Translations under genes and position numbers: made by a program
The notes under the pieces: model-generated
Databases searched by the model: none
Seen by the model: only the letters and a program-made list of their open reading frames with translations
Told to the model about the DNA's origin: nothing
In this document: positions 38,501 through 47,978 of the stretch, one piece after another
Position numbering within the stretch: position 1 is the first letter of the stretch
How the letters are laid out: the number at the start of each line of letters is the position of its first letter
Assembly: GCA_050331295.1 (NCBI GenBank)
Contig: JBHJGZ010000004.1
Location: forward strand, 477,008 to 541,007
Source: Myxococcota bacterium
GTDB lineage: Bacteria; Myxococcota; Kuafuiibacteriia; Kuafuiibacteriales; Kuafuiibacteriaceae
Reading direction: 5' to 3'
Length of the DNA: 64,000 bases

Positions 38501-39181
38501 ATGACTTTCGTCGTGGCAATCGACGGGCCGGCCGGTGCCGGAAAGTCTTCCGTGGCGCAAAACGTTGCTCGCAGGCTCTCCATGACCCGACTGGACACCG
38601 GCGCACTATACCGGTCGGTGACGCTGATTGTGCTTCGGGAAGGAACCGAAGACCCCGTGCGCTGGGCCGAAATAGCCCGGGATCTCGACATACGCTTTGA
38701 CCGATCCCTCGTCTACCTGGCCAACGAAGACGTCACCGAGACCATACGCAGCGCTGAAGTCAATCAACACGTCAGTCGGGTTGCCGCGGATCCAGGTGTG
38801 CGACGCGCCCTGCTCCAGACCCAGAGGGTCCTTGCTCGGTCATGCTCCCAGGGCGCGCTTCTGGAGGGGCGGGACATTGGTACCGTGGTGTTTCCGGATG
38901 CCGACCTGAAGGTGTTCTTGACAGCTTCCGACGAAGAGAGAGCCAGACGTCGATGGGCAGAACTCCCAGATGGCACGGCAACCATCGCGGAGGTCCTCGC
39001 TTCGATTCGAGCTCGGGATGCGTACGACGGAGGACGCGAGCACGCTCCTCTTCGTCCGGCGCCCGATGCGGTTCATATCGATTCCACTGGACTCACGCAG
39101 GCCGAGGTCGAGCGACGGATCGTGGAACTGGTGGAGGCAGCAAGAAGCGAACACGTTGGGTCGGAACCTTCCCGTCAGTGA
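38501..39181 (+). CDS. cmk: Cytidylate kinase
   Basis: P-loop VVAIDGPAGAGKSSVAQ...LDTGALYR is the CMP-kinase signature. 226 aa. Confidence 0.9.
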   Translation: MTFVVAIDGPAGAGKSSVAQNVARRLSMTRLDTGALYRSVTLIVLREGTEDPVRWAEIARDLDIRFDRSLVYLANEDVTETIRSAEVNQHVSRVAADPGVRRALLQTQRVLARSCSQGALLEGRDIGTVVFPDADLKVFLTASDEERARRRWAELPDGTATIAEVLASIRARDAYDGGREHAPLRPAPDAVHIDSTGLTQAEVERRIVELVEAARSEHVGSEPSRQ

Positions 39182-40539
39182 TCCACCACTTCGACATCCG
39201 CCCCCAAGATCTGAAGGTCACGAACAAAGTCCGGATAAGAGACCGCAATGCAATCGGGGTCTTCGACCTCGGTCCAGCCAGACAGGCCGAGACCCATGAC
39301 GGCCGCCGTCATGGCGATTCGATGGTCTCCTCGCGGATTGATCCGAGCCGGCCGCATTTCACGGGGAAGGATGTCCATACCGTCATCCTTCAATTGAACC
39401 TCCACGCCGAATGCCGTCAACACATCCGCCATGGCGGCGAGACGATCGCTCTCCTTGACCCGGAGTTCGCGCGCATCCCGGAGCCGACTCGGCTGGTCGT
39501 GAAAGGCCAGCATGCCCATGACCAACGGCAGTTCGTCGAGAGCTCGTAGCACCGGACCACCCGAAAGCGAGACCGGTCCTGCGTCGTGGTCCGAGCGCGA
39601 CACCGAAACGAAGGTCCAGGGTTCTCCAGATTCGGATGTCGGGGTCCCTTCGTACCGGATGTCCGCCCCCAGACTTTCGAAGACTTCAAAGATGCCGGAA
39701 CGGGTCGGATTGAGACCCGCACCCACCGCGAGCCCCGGGCTTTGGGTCACCCATCCAGCCCCGAGGAGGAATGCGGCGGAAGAGAGGTCGGGCGCCACAT
39801 GAAAGATCCGCCCTGACCAAGGCCCGTCGCCAGGACAAAGCTCGTGCCGGTACGCATCCAGACCTTCGGTCACGGGACCGCTCCGAATCTCGACGCCCAG
39901 CTGCCGAAGCATCCGCTCGGTATGGTCCCGGCTGAGCTTGGGCTCGATCACGGTGGTCTTCCCTTTGGAGAATACGCCCGCGAGAAGAAGTGCACTCTTC
40001 ACCTGCGCGCTCGCGACCTCCAGGCGATGGGTTGCGCCCGTCAAATGGGTCGCACCCTCCACCGCGAAGGGAGGCGTGAGGACCTCGAACGGCGCTCGCG
40101 GACCTTGCGGCTTGGATGCGGCCGTCAGCCGTGCCCCCATTCGTTCCAGCGGTCGAAGGCGCTCCATCGGCCTTCGGCGCAGGGAGGTGTCGCCATCGAG
40201 CACCACGGATCCCGGTCTTGCCGAAAGCAATCCCGCTAGGAGTCGGATCGTGGTCCCGCTGTTTCCGCAATCCAGGGGACCGGGCGAGGGGCGAAAGTTT
40301 TTGGGGTGCTCCACGCCCTGGACACGCGCTTCATCGTTGCTCACGTGGATCCGCACACCCAGCTCCGACAGCACCCGGGCTGTGGACCGGACGTCCAGGC
40401 CGGGACGATGGGGTCGGATGATGCTCTCGCCCTCGGCCACCGCCGCCATCATGAGGGCTCGGTGGGCAATGGACTTGTCCGGTGGTGCGAGGACTCGACC
40501 GGCGAGACGAGCTGGGCCGCGGATGCGTAGCGTCTTCAT
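39175..40539 (-). CDS. aroA: 3-phosphoshikimate 1-carboxyvinyltransferase (EPSP synthase)
   Basis: IRGPARLAGRVLAPPDKSIAHRALMMAAVAEGES, LDCGNSGTTIRLL and DHRIAMTAAV. 454 aa. The 3' end overlaps the cmk 3' end convergently. Confidence 0.95.
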   Translation of the reverse strand: MKTLRIRGPARLAGRVLAPPDKSIAHRALMMAAVAEGESIIRPHRPGLDVRSTARVLSELGVRIHVSNDEARVQGVEHPKNFRPSPGPLDCGNSGTTIRLLAGLLSARPGSVVLDGDTSLRRRPMERLRPLERMGARLTAASKPQGPRAPFEVLTPPFAVEGATHLTGATHRLEVASAQVKSALLLAGVFSKGKTTVIEPKLSRDHTERMLRQLGVEIRSGPVTEGLDAYRHELCPGDGPWSGRIFHVAPDLSSAAFLLGAGWVTQSPGLAVGAGLNPTRSGIFEVFESLGADIRYEGTPTSESGEPWTFVSVSRSDHDAGPVSLSGGPVLRALDELPLVMGMLAFHDQPSRLRDARELRVKESDRLAAMADVLTAFGVEVQLKDDGMDILPREMRPARINPRGDHRIAMTAAVMGLGLSGWTEVEDPDCIAVSYPDFVRDLQILGADVEVVDH

Positions 40540-40982
40540 CGGAGCTCGAAGTCGAACGCGCCTGACGATGAGGAACGCTCTCGTACCCGAAAGGAGAATG
40601 GCCGCTTTTGCCCCGGTTCGAGGCGGCCTTTCGGAATGACATCATTTTGCTCGACCGCCATCACGTTGCCTGCTGCGTCCTTGGCGTAGAACACGAGGAT
40701 GACCTCATCGATCCAGCGGCTTCCCTGGTTGCTAACGAATCCCTCGACCCTTTGGAGACCCGGCACCGCCTCTCGACCATCCGGCTCGACGTCCGCACCG
40801 ACGGTCAATTCTGTAACTTGAATGTATTCGGCTACGTAAGCCATTCGCTCTTCTTCGGTCATCCTCTGGTTTCTGTTTGGTGTGACCGGAACCGCCTCCT
40901 TCTTCGGTTCGGGCTGAACCAAGAACGATGCGACCAGCGCGCAGCCAACGAGCAATAGAGCGGGCATCCAAACCCGACGCAC
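40536..40982 (-). CDS. Predicted lipoprotein (hypothetical)
   Basis: MRRVWMPALLLVGCALV (lipobox LLVGC). 148 aa. Coupled between hisC and aroA. Confidence 0.5.
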   Translation of the reverse strand: MRRVWMPALLLVGCALVASFLVQPEPKKEAVPVTPNRNQRMTEEERMAYVAEYIQVTELTVGADVEPDGREAVPGLQRVEGFVSNQGSRWIDEVILVFYAKDAAGNVMAVEQNDVIPKGRLEPGQKRPFSFRVRERSSSSGAFDFELR

Positions 40983-40990
40983 GGCTGATC

Positions 40991-42124
40991 CTATTCGGTA
41001 CCCGTACCCAGAGGGTCAAGGCTCCGAAGTCGCGTCAACGCTTCCAACAGTCGGTCATTGGCCTGAGCGCATCCCACCGATACACGAAAACAGTCGGGCA
41101 GATCGTATGCGTCGAGCGATGCCACCAGGATCCCCGAGTCTCGCAATTCCTGAACGAGGCCCTGCGCCGGCCCCGAGCTCCGAACACAAAGGAAGTTGGC
41201 CTGACTGGGACAGACCTCGAAACCGAGCTGGTTCAGCGATCGAGACAGCCGTGCCCTCTCGCGGCGAACGAGTTCCTGGGAACGCTCCAAGTGCTGAACG
41301 TCGCGAAGTGCCGCCAGGCCCGCGGCCTGGGCCGGCCCGCTGACATTGTAAGGTCCCCTGACCGCGTGAACGAACCTCGAAAGCTCTGATTCCATCACCC
41401 CATACCCGAGTCGAATCCCGGCCAGTCCAAAGATCTTGGAGAACGTCCGCAATACCACCACTCGTTTTCTTGCCTTCATCGCCGCAATGCCGTCCGGAAA
41501 GTCGGACGCGGTCACGAACTCGAAATATGCCTCGTCGAGGGCCACGATCACGTGAGGAGGTAGCCGGTCGAGAAAGGCACTCAGCTCGCGTCGACGCAGG
41601 TAGGTGCCGGTAGGGTTGTTCGGATTGGCCAGGAAGACGATTTTGGCGCGCTGGTCGACGAGGCCAGCCACCGCGGCCAGATCGACCCGAAACCCGCGCA
41701 AGGGTGCCGTGAGCACCTCGCGGTTCGTGGCTTGCGCGGCCAGGCGGAACATCACGAAACTCGGCCACGGGCACACCACCGTTTCGCCCGGACGAACAAA
41801 GGCACGGACCAGCAGCTGGATGATCTCGGTGCTGCCGTGACCGACGACCACTTGACTCGGTGAGACCCCGTGGCGGTCGGCCAAAGCCTCGGTCAGCGCC
41901 TGGCTAGTACAGTCCGGAAAGGTGCTGACGCCAGCAATGGACCCTCGGAGCGCCGCACAGGCCGCAGGGGAAGGACCGAGCGGATTCTCGTTCGAATGAA
42001 GGCGAATCGCGTCAGGCCCCCCCGCTGACGCCTTCCACCCGCCCTGACGTCCCAGCGCCAGCACGCCGGGCTCGACCAGGCTGGAATCGACCTCGAAGAC
42101 ACGCTCCTTCTCAGCTCCACTCAC
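40991..42124 (-). CDS. hisC: Histidinol-phosphate aminotransferase
   Basis: LHSNENPLGPSP, class II aminotransferase PLP-Lys region (FSKIFGLAGIRLGY) and YFEF. GTG start shares 1 nt with the accA stop. Confidence 0.9.
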   Translation of the reverse strand: MSGAEKERVFEVDSSLVEPGVLALGRQGGWKASAGGPDAIRLHSNENPLGPSPAACAALRGSIAGVSTFPDCTSQALTEALADRHGVSPSQVVVGHGSTEIIQLLVRAFVRPGETVVCPWPSFVMFRLAAQATNREVLTAPLRGFRVDLAAVAGLVDQRAKIVFLANPNNPTGTYLRRRELSAFLDRLPPHVIVALDEAYFEFVTASDFPDGIAAMKARKRVVVLRTFSKIFGLAGIRLGYGVMESELSRFVHAVRGPYNVSGPAQAAGLAALRDVQHLERSQELVRRERARLSRSLNQLGFEVCPSQANFLCVRSSGPAQGLVQELRDSGILVASLDAYDLPDCFRVSVGCAQANDRLLEALTRLRSLDPLGTGTE

Positions 42125-43188
42125 TAGGCTTCCTCATCCAGGGACGTCGTTCCATCCTTCCTGGCTGTCGGACCGACCGGCGCTACGAGAGTTGCCCCGC
42201 CCGTGACTTCTCCCAAGACGCGAAACCGTCGATACCGGTCATCCCGCAGTTCTTCTGGAGACATCCCGCGAAGAGCTCGTAGCTGGCCCGAGATCGCATC
42301 GGCAAGGGCCTCCGCGCTTTGTTCCGGGTCGCGATGGGCACCTCCCAACGGTTCCTTCACCACTTGGTCGATCACCTTGAGCCGCAGCAGATCTTGAGCG
42401 GTCAGTTTGAGTGCGTCAGCGGCGCGTTCCGCCAGTTTGGCGTCCTTGAAGAGGATCGAGGCGCATCCTTCCGGGGAGATCACGGAGTAGGTTGCATACG
42501 AAAACATCAGAATGCGGTTCGCGACGCTGATCGCGAGGGCACCACCGCTCCCTCCCTCTCCGATCACCGTGGAAATGACCGGTACTCCAAGCCCCGCCAT
42601 CACCTCCAGGCTTTCGGCGATCGCTTGAGCCTGGCCGCGTTCTTCAGCACCCAGGCCCGGATAAGCGCCCGGTGTATCGACCAGGGTGATGATCGGAAGG
42701 CCAAATCGGTCGGCGAGTTGGAAAAGACGGACTGCCTTGCGGTAGCCTTCAGGGCTCGGCATCCCGAAATTGCGCCGAACGTTTTCCTCGGTGCTTCGCC
42801 CTTTCTGATGGCCCACGACCATGACCGGGGTCGATCGGATTCGGGCGAGGCCGCCGATCACCGCCGGGTCATCTCCGAATCGGCGATCCCCATGAAGCTC
42901 CACGAAGTCGGTAAAGATACGCTGAATGTATTCCGTCGAGAACGGTCGCTCCGGATGCCGAGCCAGCTGTACGGTTTGCCAACGGCTGAGGCGTGTGAAA
43001 ACCTGCTCCTTCAGCTTGACGGCTCGCTCCTCTAGCTTTGAGATCTGGCGCTGAAGAGTATGGATCTTTGGGCTCGGGTGGGTCGCCGTCGACGAGCCTG
43101 TCGCCCCGCCCGCCGCAAGACTCCGCAAGTGTTCGATCTGTCGTTCGATCTCGAGGACCGGCCTTTCGAAATCGAGCTCTCGACCCAT
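42124..43188 (-). CDS. accA: Acetyl-CoA carboxylase carboxyltransferase subunit alpha
   Basis: Colinear with E. coli AccA: LDFERPVLEIERQIEHL, QLARHPERPF, PVMVVGHQKGRSTEENVRRNFGMPSPEGYRKAVRL, TPGAYPGLGAEERGQ and VIGEGGSGGALA. Start at MGRELDF; track start 43272. Confidence 0.95.
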   Translation of the reverse strand: MGRELDFERPVLEIERQIEHLRSLAAGGATGSSTATHPSPKIHTLQRQISKLEERAVKLKEQVFTRLSRWQTVQLARHPERPFSTEYIQRIFTDFVELHGDRRFGDDPAVIGGLARIRSTPVMVVGHQKGRSTEENVRRNFGMPSPEGYRKAVRLFQLADRFGLPIITLVDTPGAYPGLGAEERGQAQAIAESLEVMAGLGVPVISTVIGEGGSGGALAISVANRILMFSYATYSVISPEGCASILFKDAKLAERAADALKLTAQDLLRLKVIDQVVKEPLGGAHRDPEQSAEALADAISGQLRALRGMSPEELRDDRYRRFRVLGEVTGGATLVAPVGPTARKDGTTSLDEEA

Positions 43189-43205
43189 TCGGATCTGGAC
43201 TACGA

Positions 43206-44123
43206 CTAGAGAGCTTTCGGGTCCAGCACCATCCTTCTTACCTTGGCCACATCCAAAGTCGCATCGATCCACCGCACCGTCGGTTCGTGATTGAACCAGT
43301 TGCGCTGACGCTTGGCGAACTGACGCGTCGCTATCGACGTCGCCTCAACCGCTTCTTCCTCCGTCAACCGGCCACGCACCACCTGCACTGCGTCGCGATA
43401 GCCGATGATGCGTAGACCGGGTGCGTCCGACGGCAACCCGGCGCGGAGGAGTGCCTGTGTCTCGTTCACGAGGCCGGCGGCATACATCCTTCGCGTTCGG
43501 ATATGGATCCGTTGCCACAACGCGTTACGTGGCCACGAAAGGGCGTACGCCCGAACCCCATACCGCTGCTCTCTGAAACGATGCGCCCGCTGTCGAACCG
43601 AGATCTGCTCTCCGGTCTGGATGAAGTATTCGATCGCCCTCCCGATCCGCTGCGGGTCGTTCGGGCTGATCCGAACGGCTGCATCTGGGTCCATCGATGC
43701 CAGTACTCGATGAAGTGCCTGCGATCCTTCGCGCTCGAGCCGGTCTCGAACATGTTCCCGTACCTGGGAGGAGATTGCGGGGGCCGCGAAGATCCCGTGG
43801 ATCAAGGCGCGGTACCAAAGTCCTGTCCCGCCACACAGGAAGGGGATCCGTCCACGGCTTCGAATCTCCCGGATCGAGCGATCCGCCTCTTTCTGAAAGG
43901 TAGCAGCGGTCCATTGCAGCGAAGGCTCGACCCGATCCAGCAAATGATGGGGCACACGGGCCTGGTCCTCCGGGGTCGGTTTTGCGGTGCCGATATCCAA
44001 TCCAGTGAACACCTGTGCCGAGTCGCAGCTGACGATCTCCCCATTCAGCTGTTCAGCCAGTGCGAGAGCGAGCTGACTCTTGCCAGACGCGGTGGGGCCC
44101 AAGATCGCCACGAGATCATCCAT
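43206..44123 (-). CDS. miaA: tRNA dimethylallyltransferase
   Basis: ILGPTASGKSQLALALA...IVSCDSAQVFTGLDIGTAKPT is the P-loop IPT signature. Confidence 0.95.
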   Translation of the reverse strand: MDDLVAILGPTASGKSQLALALAEQLNGEIVSCDSAQVFTGLDIGTAKPTPEDQARVPHHLLDRVEPSLQWTAATFQKEADRSIREIRSRGRIPFLCGGTGLWYRALIHGIFAAPAISSQVREHVRDRLEREGSQALHRVLASMDPDAAVRISPNDPQRIGRAIEYFIQTGEQISVRQRAHRFREQRYGVRAYALSWPRNALWQRIHIRTRRMYAAGLVNETQALLRAGLPSDAPGLRIIGYRDAVQVVRGRLTEEEAVEATSIATRQFAKRQRNWFNHEPTVRWIDATLDVAKVRRMVLDPKAL

Positions 44124-45870
44124 GGCTTCGAAAAAGCTGCTGTAGGCCGCTCACTCCGAGGATGAGTACGCAGGGCTGCCCGTCGACGCCGGTTGAAAGA
44201 GCCGACTCTCGCGAAATCATCGCCAAGAGTTCTTGCTGCTGGGCCAGGTCCTGCGGCAACGGGCGTGCACTTCGCCCCGCTACCTTGCGTGCCCACCGAG
44301 TATGTCGCGTGTCGTCGGGCTGGCCGTCGGGGTCGTCCGCGAGATCCCGGAGAAGGTCCCCGGCCTGTGCCGGATTCATGTCTGCCGGCAACGACCGCAC
44401 CGAGAAGGAATGCGTCCCGAAAGGCTCGAGAGCGAGCCCCAGGGCGCGCACGTGTTCCAGTCGGCCCTGGAGGCGGGCCGCCCTCGCGGGGTCGAGCTCT
44501 ACCACCAGTGGAATCAAGAGCGACTGGAGCGAATCAGGCTCGTCGCTCCTCATGGCGTTGAGGAACGCGATCTTTCGGTGTACCGCAGAAACGTCCACCA
44601 CCATCAGCGCATCCGTCGTCTGAGCCAGAAGGTATCGATTGAAAAGAAGACCGAGCGCGTTCGCCTCCCGAAGACTTTCCTTTGGCGTGGCGGGCTCGAA
44701 CGCGGGAAGAGATGGCTGGTCTGAGCTTAGGGACGGCGCTCCCGACCACGCCCGAGGCCGGAACATCAAGGGCCGACTCCCATCGGAAGGAGGGTCTGGG
44801 GAGACGGACGGCGGCGCCGGTTCAGACACCAACGCTCGAGCCATTTCGGCAGACGAAGTACTTCTCACCAACGACTGTTCCAGAGTTCGAGCCAGGGCGC
44901 CTACGACGGCCCGATGCACTTCCTGAGGCCTCTCAAAGCGGATCTCGGTCTTCTGGGGATGGACATTGACATCGAATCGTCCAGGGTCTTCGCTCAGATA
45001 GAGCACCGCGGCGGGAAAGCGGCCCCGCTCGAGAAACGTTCGATAGGCCTCCTGGATCCCATGTTGGATCGTTCGGTCGCGAATGAATCGCCCATTGAGA
45101 AAGACATAAAGGGACCGGCTGGTGCGCTCATGAACACCTGGCTCGGAAATCCACCCCTCCACGCCGAGTCGATGGGGACGCGTGTCGGGACTGATGGGCA
45201 TGAGCCGCTCCGCCAACGCCCGGCCCAGGATACGCGCAATGCGCCCTCGGGGGTCGTCCGCCACGGCGGGCGGAACGTCGAGAACCGTCCGGCCTGCTGC
45301 ACACAGGTGGAATAGGACCTCTGGTCTCGCGAGCGCCGATCGCGTCACCATCTCGACAACATGGGCCACCTCGGTCGCGGGCTTCTTGAGGAACTTGAGC
45401 CGGGCGGGAACATTGAAGAACAGGTCTTGCACCCTGACGACGGTTCCCACCGGTGCACCGACCTCCTCGACGCTCTCGATGCTCCCGGCGGTCACGACCA
45501 CGCGGGTCCCGCACGGCGCGGAGCGTGGCCGGCTGACGAGCTCCATCCGGCTCACGGATGCGATGGAAGGGAGCGCCTCGCCACGGAACCCGAGGCTCCT
45601 GACCCGCTCCAGGTCTTGCGCGGTTCGGATCTTGCTGGTCGCGTGACGCTCTAGGCACCGAACGACATCTTCGGGGTCCATACCGGTTCCGTCGTCCGAA
45701 ACCTGAATCAGGCTCCGGCCCCCTCCCTCGACGGTGACGGATACGTGGGTCGCCTCCGCATCGAGGGCGTTTTCCACCAACTCTTTCACCACGGAAGCGG
45801 GTCGCTCGACCACTTCTCCAGCAGCGATTTGATTGCTGACGTCTTCGGCGAGTCGGTGGATGCGAGGCAA
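44116..45870 (-). CDS. mutL: DNA mismatch repair protein MutL
   Basis: IHRLAEDVSNQIAAGEVVERPASVVKELVENALDA...DDGTGM is the GHKL ATPase N-terminus. C-terminal dimerisation domain. 8-nt overlap with miaA, preserving the mutL-miaA order seen in enterics. Confidence 0.95.
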   Translation of the reverse strand: MPRIHRLAEDVSNQIAAGEVVERPASVVKELVENALDAEATHVSVTVEGGGRSLIQVSDDGTGMDPEDVVRCLERHATSKIRTAQDLERVRSLGFRGEALPSIASVSRMELVSRPRSAPCGTRVVVTAGSIESVEEVGAPVGTVVRVQDLFFNVPARLKFLKKPATEVAHVVEMVTRSALARPEVLFHLCAAGRTVLDVPPAVADDPRGRIARILGRALAERLMPISPDTRPHRLGVEGWISEPGVHERTSRSLYVFLNGRFIRDRTIQHGIQEAYRTFLERGRFPAAVLYLSEDPGRFDVNVHPQKTEIRFERPQEVHRAVVGALARTLEQSLVRSTSSAEMARALVSEPAPPSVSPDPPSDGSRPLMFRPRAWSGAPSLSSDQPSLPAFEPATPKESLREANALGLLFNRYLLAQTTDALMVVDVSAVHRKIAFLNAMRSDEPDSLQSLLIPLVVELDPARAARLQGRLEHVRALGLALEPFGTHSFSVRSLPADMNPAQAGDLLRDLADDPDGQPDDTRHTRWARKVAGRSARPLPQDLAQQQELLAMISRESALSTGVDGQPCVLILGVSGLQQLFRSHG

Positions 45871-45886
45871 GTCGAGAAACGTTGGT

Positions 45887-46501
45887 TCAGCGCCGGGGAG
45901 CTGTTCCGAAAACGTAGTCCCATAAGGGCGAAGTCACGCCAAAGCGCGTCGGCTCGTGCTTGAAGTGATGAGCCATATGGTAGCTTCGGAGGAACTTCAG
46001 CACCGGGTTGTCGAACGTGAAATGGTGCGTCCCGTAGTGGACCATGTCATAGGCGAGATAGCCGGTGGCCAGGCCCGCAAAGGCCGGAAAGCGCGGCCCT
46101 GTCCCGAACAATTGCGTGAACAACAGAAAGAACAGGACCGCCAACGGTATCGACAACCCGGGGGGGAAAACCAAACGTAGCTTGTCGTTGGGCCAATCAT
46201 GGTGAACCCCATGCAGGACCCAGATCAACCGACGCCCCACCGCCGTCTTCGCGTCGTAGTGAAACACGGCCCGATGAAGCCAGTACTCCATCAGCGTCCA
46301 CCAAAGGAGGCCCACGGAGAACCAGCCGAGCATGCTCCAGGCGGTGAGACCCGACCACATGCCCGCCACGACCATGAATGAGATCACCGGGATGAAGATG
46401 GCCGGGGGCTGCCATGGGGGAATCCTAGAGAAGAACTCGAAGAAGTCGCTCTCGAACATGCGCTTCGACTCCGAGGTCGCGCTGGCTTTGAGGGCACGCA
46501 T
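45887..46501 (-). CDS. Fatty acid hydroxylase / sterol desaturase family membrane protein
   Basis: Histidine boxes HRAVFHY, HGVHHDWPND and HYGTHHF...HMAHHFKH. Hydrophobic segments. Confidence 0.75.
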   Translation of the reverse strand: MRALKASATSESKRMFESDFFEFFSRIPPWQPPAIFIPVISFMVVAGMWSGLTAWSMLGWFSVGLLWWTLMEYWLHRAVFHYDAKTAVGRRLIWVLHGVHHDWPNDKLRLVFPPGLSIPLAVLFFLLFTQLFGTGPRFPAFAGLATGYLAYDMVHYGTHHFTFDNPVLKFLRSYHMAHHFKHEPTRFGVTSPLWDYVFGTAPRR

Positions 46502-46561
46502 GCCTCCGTAGTCCTAGGAAAGTCGGACCTCCCCATCAACTTAAACTTGGTGTGAGCGCGT

Positions 46562-47290
46562 TTACCGACCCCCGAACTGGGCTGCCACATCGGCTTCCAC
46601 CGACTCCGCTCTGGCTGCCAGCTCCTGGGTGCGCGGCTCGGCGGCATCCGCGACCACCTCTGCAACCCGGGCCCCCATCCGAAGCGCTGCGGACACCGCC
46701 TCCAGAATCACTTCATCGGATCTCTTGGGGTCGAGCCGCGCCCGCCGAAGACCAGCAACGATCTTCGCGTCGACATGCTCTCGGTTTTCGGGGTGGACAA
46801 ACTCCGCCACCACCACCGCACTGGTCAGAACGCCACAATACTTCCGCATGCCTGAACGAGGTCGTAGGGTACGCAACGTTCGGTGCGCCAGACGACCCGC
46901 TTGGACGTGGCGCTCCACCACGCCCTCAGTCACCGGGTTGTCGGACAGGCCCTGGAGAGCGGCGACCCATCGATTCACCGCCATCGCGGTGACAAACGCA
47001 AACCTTCCGGAGGGACGAACGATAGACTGCAGGGTCGCGGAATGCGCAAGCTCGGCTGCGGCCCGGGCTTGGGCGACCCATAGCTGTCTTCTCGGCGGAT
47101 GTTCGTCGCGCTGGGTTGGAAAGGCGCTGTCCATCGCCTGCTGTGTGAGCTCGCGAGCTCTCGACTGCAGCCGGTCCCGGATCAGCCACAGACGCGACTC
47201 GACGTGGACCAGCCGGGTCGAACTGGTCCGCAGCCGCTCAATGTCGAACCGAAGTCGGAGACGGACCTCGGCCGGCGTCAATCGACTCAT
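46562..47290 (-). CDS. Hypothetical protein (helical, no recognised family)
   Basis: 243 aa from MSRLTP. The coding strand was chosen because the antisense ORF is Ser/Arg-rich junk. Confidence 0.4.
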   Translation of the reverse strand: MSRLTPAEVRLRLRFDIERLRTSSTRLVHVESRLWLIRDRLQSRARELTQQAMDSAFPTQRDEHPPRRQLWVAQARAAAELAHSATLQSIVRPSGRFAFVTAMAVNRWVAALQGLSDNPVTEGVVERHVQAGRLAHRTLRTLRPRSGMRKYCGVLTSAVVVAEFVHPENREHVDAKIVAGLRRARLDPKRSDEVILEAVSAALRMGARVAEVVADAAEPRTQELAARAESVEADVAAQFGGR

Positions 47291-47624
47291 TCCGACCACG
47301 ATGAAGCAACTGCCTCGGTTCGGCAAGACAGCCCCCCCAGGTTTGCCATTCCTTTACGGCATGGTTGGGCCAGTCCCGGTCCCCGTGGACTGATGGCGGC
47401 AAGGCGTGTTGTCCGTGTATCGACCGTCCACCATGGCTTCTGCTACATCGCGTGGGTGCGTTCCTGGGATCCACTGGCGCCTCGACGTTCTCCGCGACTC
47501 AAAGCGGTCTTTCGTGCCGTCGCTTTCGCCTCGATGGCCGTGGTTCTGTTCGTCTTGGCTCTGGCAGTCTCGGTCATCGTCACGACCCGTGCCCTGCCCT
47601 GAGGCTTTGGATCGTCGGCCGGTC

Positions 47625-47927
47625 TCAGGTCTCGGGCTTGAGCGCGTCGACGATCTTGGCCTTGGTCGCTTCAGCCCGTTCGTCTTCCTCCGCCTCGGAC
47701 CTCAGTCTCTCGAGTCGACCGGATTTCTCCAGAGCACGGAGTTCGATGGCACGGAGCTTCTCGATGAGCTCTGGGTGCTCCGTGCCCTTTTGCGAGAGCG
47801 GAAGTTCGGCTGGATATCGGAAGCCATGAAGCATTCGGATCACGCGTTCCTCCTCGGGATCGAGGGGACTAGCGGAGGTCGCGGTGGTCGTCTGAGCTCC
47901 TGCACGCTTCCGCCGCGAATCCGTCAT
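47625..47927 (-). CDS. Small acidic helical protein (hypothetical)
   Basis: 100 aa, a basic N-terminus followed by helical EERVIRMLHGF...HPELIEKLRAIELRALEKSGRLERLRSEAEEDE. Same strand as the genes on both sides. Confidence 0.4.
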   Translation of the reverse strand: MTDSRRKRAGAQTTTATSASPLDPEEERVIRMLHGFRYPAELPLSQKGTEHPELIEKLRAIELRALEKSGRLERLRSEAEEDERAEATKAKIVDALKPET

Positions 47928-47978
47928 GTTGGCGAGACGCTAACGGAGCGGATCTAGAGGGTCAAATTTATGACTGGC

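Noticed and set aside
46629-47393. Plus-strand 254-aa ORF opposite hypothetical gene 46562..47290
   Set aside because: Ser/Arg/Thr-rich. The minus frame is more protein-like, although neither has a family hit, hence the low confidence on the kept call.
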